Source: Marsupella aquatica (Eukaryota; Plantae; Marchantiophyta). From it: DNA of 64,000 nt. Under the pieces are notes generated by a model that worked only from the letters and a program-made list of their open reading frames with translations, was not told where the DNA came from and did not search any database. Where the stretch lies: NCBI GenBank assembly GCA_973895155.1, contig OZ316898.1, positions 11,183,187 to 11,247,186 on the forward strand, in the 5' to 3' direction. Positions 50,024 through 62,802 of the stretch are shown here, piece after piece. The translations under genes were made by a program, and so were the position numbers. Every line of letters begins with the position of its first letter. Position 1 is the stretch's first letter.

Positions 50024-52369
50024 AGCCGGGGGTATGCCCTATGCACGTCATCTAGGAGAGCAGATGATGTGTGGATTCTTGATTGTGCTTGCTCTTTTCA
50101 TATTTGTTACATTCGTGAGTTTTTCAGTTCTTACTCTATTTCAAACGGTTTAGTTCTGATGGGAAATGATCACTCCTGTCAAATTGAGGGAATTGGGTCT
50201 GTGAAGATTCAAATGTTTGATGGCGCTGTGCGCACAGTGTCCGGAGTCAGGTATGTACCTGGCATGCGTAAGAATCTGATTTCACTCGGTGTGTTGGATT
50301 CAAATGGTCATCATTGGAGCGTTATTGATGGTGAACTTCAAGTCAGGTTGGGAGAGACAGTGATTTTGAAGGGGAGTAGACAAAAGAATTTGTATGTGTT
50401 ACAGGGCAATACTGTATGTGGAGAGGCCAATGTAACCAAGTCTCACGAGGAGATGACTCAACTGTGGCATTCACGGCTAGGCCACATGAGTAAGAAGGGT
50501 TTGGCTATCTTACGGAAGAATGGACTCATTTCTGATTTGCAATCTTGTAAATTAGAGTTTTGTGAGCATTGCATTCTTGGAAAGCAGCATCGTCGTGCTT
50601 TTGGTGTTGGAACTCATCGTTCCAAAGCGGTTCTTGAGTACATACATAGTGACGTGTGGGGTCCATCCTCGACTCCCTCACACTCTGGAAAGTTGTACTA
50701 TGTATCATTTATTGATGATTACTCAAGATTTGTGTGGATTTATTTCATGACGCATAAGTCTGATGTCTTGTCCATTTTTAAGAAGTGGAAGGCCCAGGTG
50801 GAGAATCAGACTGGAAACACGATCAAGTGTTTGGATACAAGGGTGAAGAGTCCGAGGTCAGACAACGGCGGGGAGTACACTTCAATGGAATTTGAAGAGT
50901 ACTGTTTAGAACAGGGGATAACTCGCCATCTCACCACAGTTTATACTCCACAGCAGAATGGTGTCGCTGAGAGGCTCAATCGGACACTGTTGGAGCGGTC
51001 ACGGAGTATGTTGAGCCAATCAGGTTTACCACAAGAATTTTGGGCAGAAGCTGTCAATACCGCAGCTTATTTGGTAAATATTTCTCCTTCTAGTGCTATC
51101 AATTTCAAAACGCCGTTTGAGATGCGCTATAAGCGGCAAGCAGACTATCATGGCTTGGTAGTTTTTGGAAGTGATGCATATGCTCTCACACCGAAGCAGA
51201 ATAGGACCAAGTTGGATCCTACCTCCAAGAAATGTGTTTTTCTTGGGTACCAGAGTGGTGTGAAAGCCTATAGGCTATGGGATCCTATTGCCTGTAAGCT
51301 CGTTGTCAGTAGGGATGTTTCCTTCAATGAATCCAGATTATTGAAGGAGGGGGAGAATACTCAGGTCTCCCGTACTGACAAAGGAAAATCTCCTATCCCG
51401 GATCTCGTTGAGGGGGAGATTGGTTATGAGGTGCATGACCGGAGAGAAGGAGTTGCTCCAATTATGGAGCTGGTTCCTGTGCCAGAGGAACCAGAGGAGT
51501 TTGTTGATGCTGGTGAGCAGCAAGTGGATGCTGTTGAGCTTCAAATTGTACCAGCACACGCAGATCAACCGGAGTCATCGGCTAGAAGAACATATGGTCG
51601 CACTGTACGCGCTCCACCAAGGTATGGACAGTGGGTTGATTCATCTCAACTGCAAGAGGATGATTTTACAACTGATGATGAGGGTGATGCGTTAATTTTG
51701 GAAGAAGGGGAACCTTCTTCATTTCATGAGGCAAGTGCTTCAAAGGAGAAGCAGAAGTGGACTGCAGCAATGCAAACGGAGATGCAGTCACTAAAGGACA
51801 ACAAAACTTGGGAGCTTGTTAAGTTGCCTAAGGGTCAGCAAGTGGTGGACAGCAAGTGGATTTACAAGTTAAAGGATAATTCCATAGGAGGTGGATCGAA
51901 GGTCTACAAGGCTAGATTGGTAGCAAAGGGATTCACACAAGAGAAAGGTGTGGATTACAATGAGGTCTTCTCACCAGTTGCTAAGTACTCTACAATACGA
52001 CTATTGTGTGTACTTGTCGTAATGTTTGGTCTGCTGCTAGATCAGATGGATGTTGTCACAGCTTTCCTCTATGGCACATTGGAAGAGGTGATCTTCATGA
52101 GACAACCGCTAGGTTTTGTGAAGAGAGGACAGGAGGAATTGGTTTGCAGATTGCTAAAATCCTTGTATGGGTTGAAGCAGTCACCAAGACAGTGGAACAA
52201 GCGGTTTGACGATTGGATTCGGTCACAAGGTTTTCACAGAAGTGTATTTGACCCTTGTGTGTATTTGAAACCGGTAAAGAATGTTGTCTTTGGGTTCATT
52301 GTTTTAGTACTTTATGTGGATGATATGCTAATTGCAGCCTTTAGATTTAGGGAAGGTTGGTCATGTTAG
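50024..52369 (+). CDS. pol: Copia Pol (protease, integrase, partial reverse transcriptase); in frame with gag after one TGA; truncated
   Basis: WILDCACSFH (PR); LWHSRLGH..CEHC, IHSDVWG, RSDNGGEY, TPQQNGVAER (IN); YKARLVAKGF, QMDVVTAFL, LYGLKQSPRQW, YVDD (RT). Confidence 0.93.
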   Translation, partial: SRGYALCTSSRRADDVWILDCACSFHICYIREFFSSYSISNGLVLMGNDHSCQIEGIGSVKIQMFDGAVRTVSGVRYVPGMRKNLISLGVLDSNGHHWSVIDGELQVRLGETVILKGSRQKNLYVLQGNTVCGEANVTKSHEEMTQLWHSRLGHMSKKGLAILRKNGLISDLQSCKLEFCEHCILGKQHRRAFGVGTHRSKAVLEYIHSDVWGPSSTPSHSGKLYYVSFIDDYSRFVWIYFMTHKSDVLSIFKKWKAQVENQTGNTIKCLDTRVKSPRSDNGGEYTSMEFEEYCLEQGITRHLTTVYTPQQNGVAERLNRTLLERSRSMLSQSGLPQEFWAEAVNTAAYLVNISPSSAINFKTPFEMRYKRQADYHGLVVFGSDAYALTPKQNRTKLDPTSKKCVFLGYQSGVKAYRLWDPIACKLVVSRDVSFNESRLLKEGENTQVSRTDKGKSPIPDLVEGEIGYEVHDRREGVAPIMELVPVPEEPEEFVDAGEQQVDAVELQIVPAHADQPESSARRTYGRTVRAPPRYGQWVDSSQLQEDDFTTDDEGDALILEEGEPSSFHEASASKEKQKWTAAMQTEMQSLKDNKTWELVKLPKGQQVVDSKWIYKLKDNSIGGGSKVYKARLVAKGFTQEKGVDYNEVFSPVAKYSTIRLLCVLVVMFGLLLDQMDVVTAFLYGTLEEVIFMRQPLGFVKRGQEELVCRLLKSLYGLKQSPRQWNKRFDDWIRSQGFHRSVFDPCVYLKPVKNVVFGFIVLVLYVDDMLIAAFRFREGWSC

Positions 52370-52424
52370 GAAAAGTCAATGACCCTAAGGGGAAAAACCA
52401 AAGTGTGCACTGATTTCCCTTAGG

Positions 52425-52708
52425 GCCTTTGTGGTGAGCTTGTTTTTGGGCTTTTGTGTTTCACTTGGCTTGGTGGCTGTCATGGGTTTGCCTGGGTCCT
52501 GGTCTTTGTTTGGTGTTGTTGGCTTGTTGCCATGTCCTCTCTGCTGCGGCTTGTTGGGAGCCGGCGCTCTCGCCTTGGGGGGGCTTTGGGTGCCCTCATT
52601 TCCGGGCTTGTTTTTCTCGTCCCGCTGGTTTTCACCACGGGTGTCGTTGAATTCAAAATGGGGCCCTGTCGCTTTCCCCAAAAAACCACAAAAAAACAAT
52701 AAAAAATA
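52425..52708 (+). mobile_element. Possible 3' end of a non-LTR retroelement with an A-rich tail
   Basis: A G/T-rich tract ends in caaaaaaccacaaaaaaacaataaaaaata directly after the copia breakpoint. Similar-looking tracts occur near 37860-37980 (-), 39430-39620 (+) and 58925-59290 (-). No coding homology was seen. Confidence 0.4.
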
Positions 52709-53438
52709 CCAATGTGTGCACTGGCCTTACATCCCTACGTGCACATGGCTTAGATGTCACCCTTTTGGATGAGATTGCAGGCTGAAGCAATTTGGCCTGT
52801 TATGCAAAGTCTAGATGGTGTACACCTTTGGGTCTCGTGAATAAACTTCAAATTTGTTTCCATAACTCCAAATCCATTGATGGGGTGCTAAGAGAGCCTT
52901 TGTTTGTTTTATGTGACCTCCATATTGAGCAAACAATCCTTACTCAAAGACAGAAAACACATGTGCAACATCTAACAAGCAATTCAAACAAGTATTCAAC
53001 ACAGGAGATACATGGGCCACATCACTAGAGGCTACATCAACAGGAATATACAAGGAGGTTTATTGGACTCTAAGCTCATTGACCATATCAAACCTCTATA
53101 AACTATGATCTCCCTATCTCTCAACTTCCCCCCGAATTATGAGCACAAGTTCCCCTCACTAATTAAGTCATGCTAGTGAACAAAGTTGTGGCATATCTAA
53201 CCTTAACAAAATACCTGATTACAATCTGGGATTACAGTTAGATAACTGCAGACATAAGAGTAAATGTATACATTACTAATGTTTGTCATGCAAGATAGTA
53301 CCACGCCAATAACAGAATCAAATAAAACCAAAGCAAACCCTCTCCTCTTTGTAGGGGCAAGGGGAAAGAAAAACACAACCCACTCAATAGATGCTGAGCC
53401 GTCTACATCAAAACCACAATACCTCACAGTTTGAAACC

Positions 53439-53440
<2 letters not shown>

Positions 53441-53478
<38 letters not shown>
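53441..53478. repeat. (AG)n microsatellite
   Basis: About 19 AG units. Confidence 0.95.
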
Positions 53479-53481
<3 letters not shown>

Positions 53482-54309
53482 AACCCACAACAAAGCAAAG
53501 GTATAATTTGGAAATGCTTTGGCACAAAGCTTGGCACAATCATCCTGTCCCTTGGGATAATAGAAAACTAGAAGTCACAAAACTAGTAGTGTCAACATCG
53601 GCAGGCAGAGTTTATGCACTTTGAATGAAAATATCAAAAGTTCAAAATCAACAAGACTCTCCTCGTCATGCACCTTTAAATCTTGAAAATGGTAGTGTTG
53701 TGCTTCAAATAGACATGCTTCTGTCTTGCCCCTCCTATCAACGAAGCTATTGATAGTCTGGAACATCTAGATCATGGTGAGCCTCCATCAAAAGCTATGA
53801 TACATGGTTGCGCCTTTTTATAGCATGGTCATCATAATTCAAATTTGCAGTGTCCCTTAAATGACCAACATAAAAAAATCTAACCACATAGAAGGAATAA
53901 AACCAAAAAACATTTCAGTGTGAATGAAAATGAAGTGCCCAAAGCAAGAAGGGATACAATTTAGTCAATTGAAGTGCACGATTTCCAAGCAAGAAGGGAT
54001 CCAAATAGACAAAGGGGAAATGGAGAGGGCCTCTATCAATGCACTATGTTCAAGAAGACTTCCCTTTACAAACTCAGTAAAAAGTGTGAACCAATCCTAG
54101 CTCTTCATTAAAATGTTTTTTTCCTGGCATCGTCAGATCCATCCCTACCCCTTTTAACATCAATTGCCTCATAGTCTGCCCGAGCTGCCTGTAGCCTACC
54201 CAAATCTGACCAAGACAAGAATGTAATTTAAAGAATTGGATATTATCTTTAAATTTTGAAAAATTGAGTATAAATAAAATATATGAAATATTTATTTCTT
54301 TGAAAATTA

Positions 54310-54334
54310 ATATATATATATATATATATATATA
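54310..54334. repeat. (TA)n microsatellite
   Basis: About 12 TA units. Confidence 0.95.
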
Positions 54335-54649
54335 TTCCTATCACTTGGTTGTGCTTGGACTCTATGATCCAGTGGCCGTTATCATGCATCTCCACAACAT
54401 CTTTCCCTCACCTCGACACTTTTTCTCTCCTTAACATCTTTTTCTCTCATTGACATCTTTTTCACCTTGACATCTTTTCGTCACCTTAACATCTTTTAAG
54501 CAACACATGGGCATCGAGCTACAAATAATAAAACATAGCTACCCAAAACTTGAAATGTAACCCTCATTTCTCAGAGAAAAGGCAGCCAAGCTATTCCGTT
54601 GCCCCAAGGGGTCTTGGCATCGGGGTGGCCAAAGCCAAGTAAGCTGCAT

Positions 54650-55010
54650 GATATCTTCATTGGGCAATACAACATCTTTTCTCTTCACAACATCTTGGGC
54701 AACAGGATATCTTTTTTCTTCACGACATCTTGGGTGACACAACATCATTTTTCTTCATGACATCTTGGGCAATAGGACATTTTTTCTTTCACATCATCTT
54801 TTCTCTTCACAACATCTTGGGTGACAAAACATATTTTTTTCTTCACAACATCTTGGGTGACACATTGTCTTTTTTCTTCATGGCATCTTGGGCGATAGGA
54901 TATTTTTCCTTCACAACATCTTTTGTCTTCACAACATCTTGGGTGACATAACATCTTTTTTCTTAACAACATCTTGGGCAACACAACATCTTTTGTCTTC
55001 ACAACATCTT
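54650..55010. repeat. Degenerate minisatellite of ~35-bp units
   Basis: About 10 iterations of (cttc)acaacatcttggg(tgac/caa)...catctttt. Shorter acatctttt runs lie at 54395-54500. Confidence 0.85.
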
Positions 55011-55345
55011 GTGTGCAATGCATGCCAGGTATTGAGCTAGTATCCATAGGTCTCCATATAATTGTGATGACCAGTAGTGACTACACCCACTACTGTCACT
55101 TTGCTTACAAAATATTATGTAGAAGCCTAGTTATACTTGCTAGAAACATTGATTACTCTAGACTGCATTTGCACACTGTATTTTACGTTCCACTATCATT
55201 AAAATTGAGATTCTCTTTGTCGGAGATTGTATAGATTTTACTCTTCATTCATTGTCTCCATCTCTCTTGTTTCATCACCCATATTGTTTTTTAAATCTGT
55301 GAAACCAGAACGATGTAGCTTGATCAAAAAGCGTAAATCATAGGC

Positions 55346-56379
55346 TGTTGGGGAGGTATATGCTTGATGGGCCCTCTTATGTAACTTTTTAGCCTGTTGG
55401 GCAAAATGTTTTAACCTAATAGTTCCCTGCTACACTTTTGCATCAGTTGTTCTTCTAGCAGTCGCTCTAACCAAATTTTGCTTGATACAATGACCAACTA
55501 TGTTTTCAAAAAACTGTGGTCAACCATGACTGTAGCATTGAACTCTGCACCCAACCTTGCACGGTCTGGGCACGGTTGAAAACAGGTCAAAGGACATGGC
55601 CCCAGACACGGCTAGGGGAACCGTGGAATTGCGGCCACCGCTACCCAAACTTGCAAAGTGAAGACAATATGGATAATGTCTTTGGATTTGAACTACGAAC
55701 ACTACACAAACTGCAAAGTGAAGACAATATGGATTATGTCTTCAAATTTGAATTTCACGTGCTCCACACAAGGTTTTCTTTTACATCAGTTTGGAGGACA
55801 TATGCGGCTGTTATGATCCTGGTACTTCCACTAGCACTTTTCTGTCACTAGGCACTAGGCACTAGGCACTGGGCTTCAATCAACAACCTGAAGGTATCAA
55901 CAAAACCCAAGCATCAAGCATCAACAAAAGCCCAAGCATCGACAAAACCTGAGCGCTTCCCTCCCACAACACAAAGAATCAAAGAGCAAAAATTTTCAGG
56001 TAGCGGCAACAACCCCAAACCCCTCACACCACACAAATGTATAATACAGTATGTCTTCATGGCTAAACCTCCCCCCACCATATTTGGAACCCCGTCTCGA
56101 CATGTTGTTTGCCGCTCGGTTGGGAGCACAGTTCACTATGGCGTGGACTGTGGTGGACCGGACGTAAATACGATGTGTGAAACACAGGGCTTGTTGTGGT
56201 CAACTACACAGTTTGGCACCTCACAAGAACAGTGAGTACAGCTCATGAAGATGGGGCCTATTAGATTTAAAAAGTTTTGTAGGGGCCTATGCCATAAGAA
56301 AAGTTTTGTAGGGGCCCAACAGGTAAGGAAGTTCCACCAAAGGGCCCATCAAGCATATATCTAGCTGCTGGGCCCAACA
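55346..56379. mobile_element. Possible non-autonomous TIR element (~1 kb)
   Basis: tatatgcttgatgggccct (~55357) is inverted as agggcccatcaagcatata (~56341), with outer tgttggg/cccaaca. It contains a 60-bp tandem duplication at ~55648-55770. No TSD was established. Confidence 0.45.
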
Positions 56380-59300
56380 ACATAGTAAGCTACTGGTAAA
56401 CACTCTCATATGCGCAGTAGAATCTGGTGTCTATTTTGGATGCCTATAATGTTTGTGTTATAGTAAGTTGATATTTTCATTCAGATTTGTTGCAGTCCCC
56501 TTTCGTGATTATGGATACTTGTGGAGTGTAGCTGCGTAGTACTTCACAACCAAAGGTTCAATTTCCATGGCTCAAGATACTCAATTCACAATATTGGTGA
56601 TTTTTATTGTAACTAGCTCTTGAAATAGTTGTGCACATTTATAGAAGATGCCATTCTGTAAAATATATCATTGCGCAAAAGATGTGGTTGCACAAAAGAT
56701 GTCATTCTGCAAAAAAGACGTTGACATTATGTAAAAGATATGTTGTTATGGAAAAGATTTTAAAGTGCAAAAGGTTGTGTGGAGGAAGTCATTGAAGAAA
56801 AAAAGTGCCTTGGAGGCAAGGTGAACTTTTGAGCCTATGTCCATGTATTGCACAATTATCATTGGTATTGTTTTTGGAGGGTTTCATGATTCATGTTGTG
56901 CTTGTGGTCAGGTTGTCACTACAGTTGTGTTGCGGGTTTTTGAGTCAATTGTCATTTTAAGTGGGTTGTCAAGGTAGGCATGTGATTGTTGCGGAGGTGT
57001 CATTATTGACTTCCAGCTGTGTCATCCGTTTAGTTATGTTATGGTTGTGGAAGTGTAATTTGGGTGCATGATTGTTAGTGCAAGAATGTTGTCATTTTAG
57101 TCATTGTCATTGTTGTGAAAGTGGTGATCTTGGGGAGGGAAAGCATGGGGAGGTTGGATGCAAGAGGGGTATGAATCACTTGAGGCAACATGGGGTCCAG
57201 GTAGGGTGAAAGATGCTATATAGAGGGAGAATTTTTTACCTTTTTTTGTCTCCAGTTTTCCCCCCTCTCCCAAGCCCTACCTTCCTTTACTCTCCCTCTA
57301 CCTCCCTTGCCCTTCCACTTCCTCAGTGCCTCCCTCCCTCCCCCTCCACCTTTTTCTTCCCTCCAATACCATCAAAAAGAGAATTTGTTTGAAAAGAAAA
57401 GACAAAATTAAACTTTAAAAAAATTAAAAACTCTTTTACAAGACCAAAAAGACAAAAACATTTCTCATGTCAATCTACTTCCCATTTATTTGCTCTATGC
57501 CAAAAACCTTCATCTCCGGTCAATCTTTTCGTTTAATGCTCCATGCCAAAAAACTATTCTGGCGACAGGACATAGTATAGCCAATCTCAATCATGTACTC
57601 TAGCTAGCACATGTCAGCGGGTACTCTAGCAAATGTACTATATCTTGTACCCTACTGTTAAATCTATGGGCACCCATTTCACTCTTTCCAATAGTCCCAA
57701 ACAACCCTGGGCAAAATCTGACTGCAGGATAATGTTTCCTCCTTTTTCAGTTCTGTAAATGGACTGTGAGAGGAATTGGCAAGATCCTTTACTATCGTGG
57801 TTCATTCAATTTTTTCTTATGTTTGTTACTCCTTTCTAGCGGTGTAGACCAGGGATATGACGTTGATACGGTTTTCAAAAGTCAAGCTGCCAGGAAAAAA
57901 ATTTAAATGAAGATTTCTAAGTGCCTTATGCTTGATTTCCCCACCACACAAGAAAAGTGATTCTCAATGCCTCTATGCATCTTGGCAATGCTTTTGGGTC
58001 TTGAAGAATACTTCACTCATTCCTATGAACCTTTTCCCAATCTCCTGTGAGTATCCTTAAACAATTGGGTGTTAGGTGAAGTTAGAGAGATATGCTTAGT
58101 AGACCCCCTTCTGGAAAAAGTTTGCTTAATCAACCCCCTCGATACTTTTCTCCAATCTGGACCGTTGATGGACCCTTTGATCTCAGATCTGGACTGTTGA
58201 TAAACCTCAGGGGGTCGATCAAGTAACAACTTTCATTTTGGAGGTTGATCAAGCAAATACGTGAAGTTACATAACTTAATCTCTCTGTGGCATATAGAGG
58301 AATGCTTCCAAGCATCCAATGTTGTTGAACACAACCCGGATGGAATCACATGGATACCGTATATGAATATGTAGGAAAAACACTAGAAAAGTAAACCACT
58401 TTATTAAAAGATAAAATTTAGCTTTTTTGAGAGCCCATAAGGGTTTCAAAGATGGGATGTCATAGGGGCATCTTGAATTTCCAATTAACAAGAGAAGGTG
58501 CTACTAAAATTTGATGTTAATTTAGTGCTAGTTTTCCAAAAAAGCAAACACGTAAGGGATGGCCTTACAATCTTGAGTCATAAAATTCAATCTAGCTAGC
58601 ATTATAGTGGCTACACTTCAATGTACTCCAAACACTTTGACACAGAATTCCAGTTTCTGCACTGGTAAAAGCACTGAGGTACAAACATATCTTGTATAGC
58701 ACACATGTTCAATATGTCTCTTGCCACCACTAAAGGCACAACGTTGGTGAAAGGGCACCCCCTTTTATATGGATTTTCTGCACGTAAGTTTTCTGGCGCA
58801 AGTAATGTCCAATAAAGTGTTACTCATTATAGTGTTACTCATTGCAGAAAAAAATAATAAATGATCATTTAAACAAGTACTCATTTTATGTTTTGGATAA
58901 AAATATAGATGGGTAAATTTAAATTGTTGTTGAAAGGGCGAAGGTGTGCAGGTTTATTCCGGAGGCTGCTGTGGGGGAGACCAGGAGGGCACATAGAACA
59001 ACAACCCAAGAGAAAACCCTGAGGGTCCAAAGCGCGCCGAAATGGATCTCTGAAGAAATGGAAAGCACCCAAAGAAGAATACACAAACTTTTTACAGAAA
59101 ATGATCAAACAGAGTACAAAAGAACAAACAAAAGAGGGTCCAAATGGACAAATCCAAACGTAGTGAGCAATAGGGAACCCCTTAAAACCATGAAAGAGGA
59201 ACTAAAACTAAGAAGTGAGCACTAGGGAACCCATAAAAATCAAGAAAGAGGAACTAAAACAAACCCAAAGAACCCAGGAACACCACAAACCATCCTCAGG

Positions 59301-61518
59301 CTGAATATGAATCAGGGCCACTCACCTAAAAATACATAAAGGTATCTATCTTATTTACATAGATCTTACCGTTATTTTCTATGTATATACTCATATAAAA
59401 GTATGACATAAATAATATAATTTATTTCAGCGTTGTAGCAGCTTATTTTAATTCCACCGCTTTACAAAATTTTAGTAAAAATAATATCAAAATATGTATT
59501 TTGGATAGCACATGTTGTCTATAGTTTTTTTAGTTAACCTAGGTGATGAAATGTGGGCCACTGGTATTAATTTTGATGCAAAGTGTATATCAGTCATTAT
59601 GCACTAGAGTAAGTTGGGAGGTGTGCACCAATCAACCTGTTTGCATTAATTTGAGAAAAACAACACAGAGGGTCCCAGGACAGCCCTTTCATCGCTTATC
59701 ATCATGATCTAGCACAAGAGTCTGTAGTCCACAGTCAAAGTAGACAGAGTTTCCAAATGTTTCAGCTGGGCCTTGCCATTAGAAGAAATGCAAAGTAATT
59801 ACTAGTAGGTCTCTCAAACCTCAAAATTTAAATTTTAGGGACATTAACTTAGTAGTTCCCCATATTAAAGCCCCATTCCCTCCGCCACTACTCCTCAATC
59901 TTCTCCTCTGGTGAATAGTGTCTCAGCATAAAAGGTGGAACACTTGCCAATAAAAGGTGTTGCAGTCATTACCTTTTGTGGAGCTCAAAGCCCATTCCTG
60001 AACCTGTCACTTTACAATGCAAATTACGGGTAACATATAGCTCTTAATAGCCAGGGCAATTGTGGTTTAAGGTTAGGGATAGCAAGAGTTATGGACTCCC
60101 CAATTCAGGATGCAAAATTACCTTTCACATAAGAGTAGTCATATGCCCTTATCACAAGTCCTTAGGGAGTCTCAAAGCTGGGTCATTTGTGAAAGTTATG
60201 GATTTATGGTATATCCCATAACTCCGGTTATGAGACCCAGTTATGGGATTTTAAAAATGGGGTCTGGAGGTAGCATTGACCAACCCATAAGCCAGGCCCG
60301 AAGGCAGGAGTTATGGACTCAATTGTCTCATAGCCTATATTCTTTTGACAAATCTGATCAAGAATCTAGGAAACAAGAATATCGTTTGCCGGGCGGCCAT
60401 AGCACTCATGCTTGTTCAACAACCATGTTTGGACTGTACAACACTATGGCCCCTTCCACCAGTTTTGCATCCTTGAGCCCTCACACTCACCTCCCCAACA
60501 ACAACACATCCACAACAACACTAACAAAAATGATAACAGTCCACCAAATCAACCACCCAACCAAATTGATGAAACATTTGCATCCACAATCATCATCTCC
60601 ACATCACAAAGTTGGAATAACAACTCATCTTTGTCCCACTTGCAATTCTTTACCTCAACTTTCTAATTTGTGCAATGCACGACCAGGTTGCATTCTACAA
60701 CCAACCATATGGTCACAAAGACAATCATCACTTGCAATTATTCTAATCATCTTGATCTATATTGTGCAGTGCACAGGTATTTGCACTAAGGATGACATGG
60801 AGGCAATGACATTCTTGCAATGCAGTGGCACTTGGCTAGTATCAATTTGGCATTATAATGTGCAGTAATGCCTTTTGCTCTAAGGGGCTGTTTGTTTACA
60901 TAAACCCAAAATGGCCGGAACATATAGTGGTTGTTTTCTGAAAACACTTTTGATCACTGTTGGATTGGGGAAAACACCTCCATTGCAACCCTGGCCCCAT
61001 CCACAGTTGGGTGTACCCTTCAGGAACAACTAAGTAAAGGACTTTGAAATGAATTCTATTGTATCTAATAGTATGAAAAACAAGGACTACAGGAAAGGAT
61101 TTTGTAAAAGAATCCTTTGATAATTTTGAATTTAAAAGTATAGCTAATGACCAAACCAACCGCAATCAAACCAAGTCAGAAATTAAAGATGAGTCTTATT
61201 TTGAATGGATGGTAAGGATTTGATATAGATATCAATCTATGATGGACGTTAAGTCAACTGCTACAGCAAGTTTCAAGTGTCCAAAAAACTTTGCAAGGAT
61301 CCAAAAGCTTTGATCACGAATATATCTTCTTGCACTTAATCTCAAATATATCTTCTTAAACAAAATCATCAACCCAAACATGCTCAAAGAACTTTCCTTG
61401 AAAACATTCATATTGTAACAAATTCAGGTGTGACACTCCTTTTGAGTCCTCCAATTGTGAATGAGCCCCCCTCCTTGCCTCAAAGTGTGCCATTTGCCTC
61501 ACCCTACGATGTGCTCGA

Positions 61519-61838
61519 TTACTGACCCCCATGAGAGGTCCATTCCAAAATTCCTGGCACCAGGGAGTGCCATGTCAACAACAATCGCACCAAACAAGAC
61601 TCGTAAGTTTTGTGAATCAAAGTTACCGTTTCATTCATGTTTGCATCACTTTGGGTGTAAATTTTGGGACGCCATGCCATAAAAAGAAATGTAGAAAATT
61701 AGACTACAAAGAGTAAGAGGGGTAAAACTGTCACTATGTAACCGTTTTAGATACGTATCCAGGTTTAAAAATTAAACTCATATTTTTAAAGTATTTTTCA
61801 TATAATAAACATGGCTAATAACTAACTTGATAACTTCT
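61519..61838 (+). mobile_element. Dispersed repeat family A, copy 4
   Basis: ttactgacccccatgagaggtccattccaaaattcctggcacc... is the reverse complement of 38049-38377. Confidence 0.8.
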
Positions 61839-61840
61839 CA

Positions 61841-62404
61841 GGGGTCTCACTATATGGGGACCTCCCCATCACCTGCGACGTTTTTAGGCCTCGGACCTCC
61901 TAAAATGTAAGAAAAAAAAATTATTTTTTAATGAGTTCATGAGTTCTTTTAGCTTTCCAACATTGAGTTTGACATTGACAAATTCATGTCAGATTTTGTC
62001 ACAATACTAAAGAGATCATGAGGTTTTCAATCTCTCTAGCTTTCTAATGTGTGACATTGAAAGTGTTTGTCAAAGAATTAGAGCGATCATGAGTATTCAA
62101 ATTTCTCTAGCTTTCCACTCGTTTCACTTCCACAAAAATGACATATCATGTGCGACAAAATATATGGTCATTTTATTGGTTCAAAGGAAGCTTTCAAATT
62201 TTCTGATGAGAACGATAGGGTCTTTTAAATCCAATTTGGAGACTTATAAGAGCATTAGGGTTCTTATAACCAAAATTTGGAATATTCCAATTTGGAATAT
62301 TCCAACTTTATAGGGGTTGAAAAATAAAAATTTTCCTTACATTTTAGGGTCCGAGGCCTAAAAACGTTGCAGGTGATGGGGAGACATCCATATAGTGAGA
62401 CCCC
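61841..62404. mobile_element. MITE with ~90-bp TIRs (GGGGTCTC ends, Harbinger-like)
   Basis: ggggtctcactatatgg...tttttaggcctcggacctcctaaaatgtaag is inverted as cttacattttagggtccgaggcctaaaaa...ccatatagtgagacccc. Confidence 0.8.
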
Positions 62405-62802
62405 CAAGGCTTTCCAATGAACCTAACATTGATAGATTTTGTCAAGTACCAAGGAGATGATTAGTTTCTAATTTTACTCTAGCTTTCCAATTAGTGTGAA
62501 ATTGAGATATTTTTTCAAGACAATATTACAGAGGTCATGCATTTCTAAATCTTGATCTTGAACTTTCCAATGAATCAAACATTGATACATTTCATCAAGT
62601 ACTAAGGAGATTGATTATTTAGTTTTATTTTACAATGTGGAGCCAAAGGGGTTCTAACTATGTACAAGTATGTCGATTGGTTTTTTCAAACTTGCAAACA
62701 ATTAAAGAATACAAGCATTTTGATATAAAACATTGAGATATCATTGATAAACATCAAAATGACATCTCTTCCTTTGTATTCTGGTTTTTTGACGCTTAAT
62801 AC

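Larger units (their letters stand above)
47412..52339 (+). mobile_element. Ty1/copia LTR retrotransposon (Tnt1/Tork-like), 3'-truncated: no RNase H, PPT or 3' LTR seen
   Basis: 5' LTR TG...CA (47412-47830), tRNA-iMet PBS, ~1.1 kb leader, then gag-PR-IN-RT order. Homology stops just after LYVDDMLIAA. Confidence 0.95.

Noticed and set aside
60110-60868. 252-aa ORF
   Set aside because: It runs through CA-rich degenerate repeat sequence and has no recognisable motif; probably a chance ORF.
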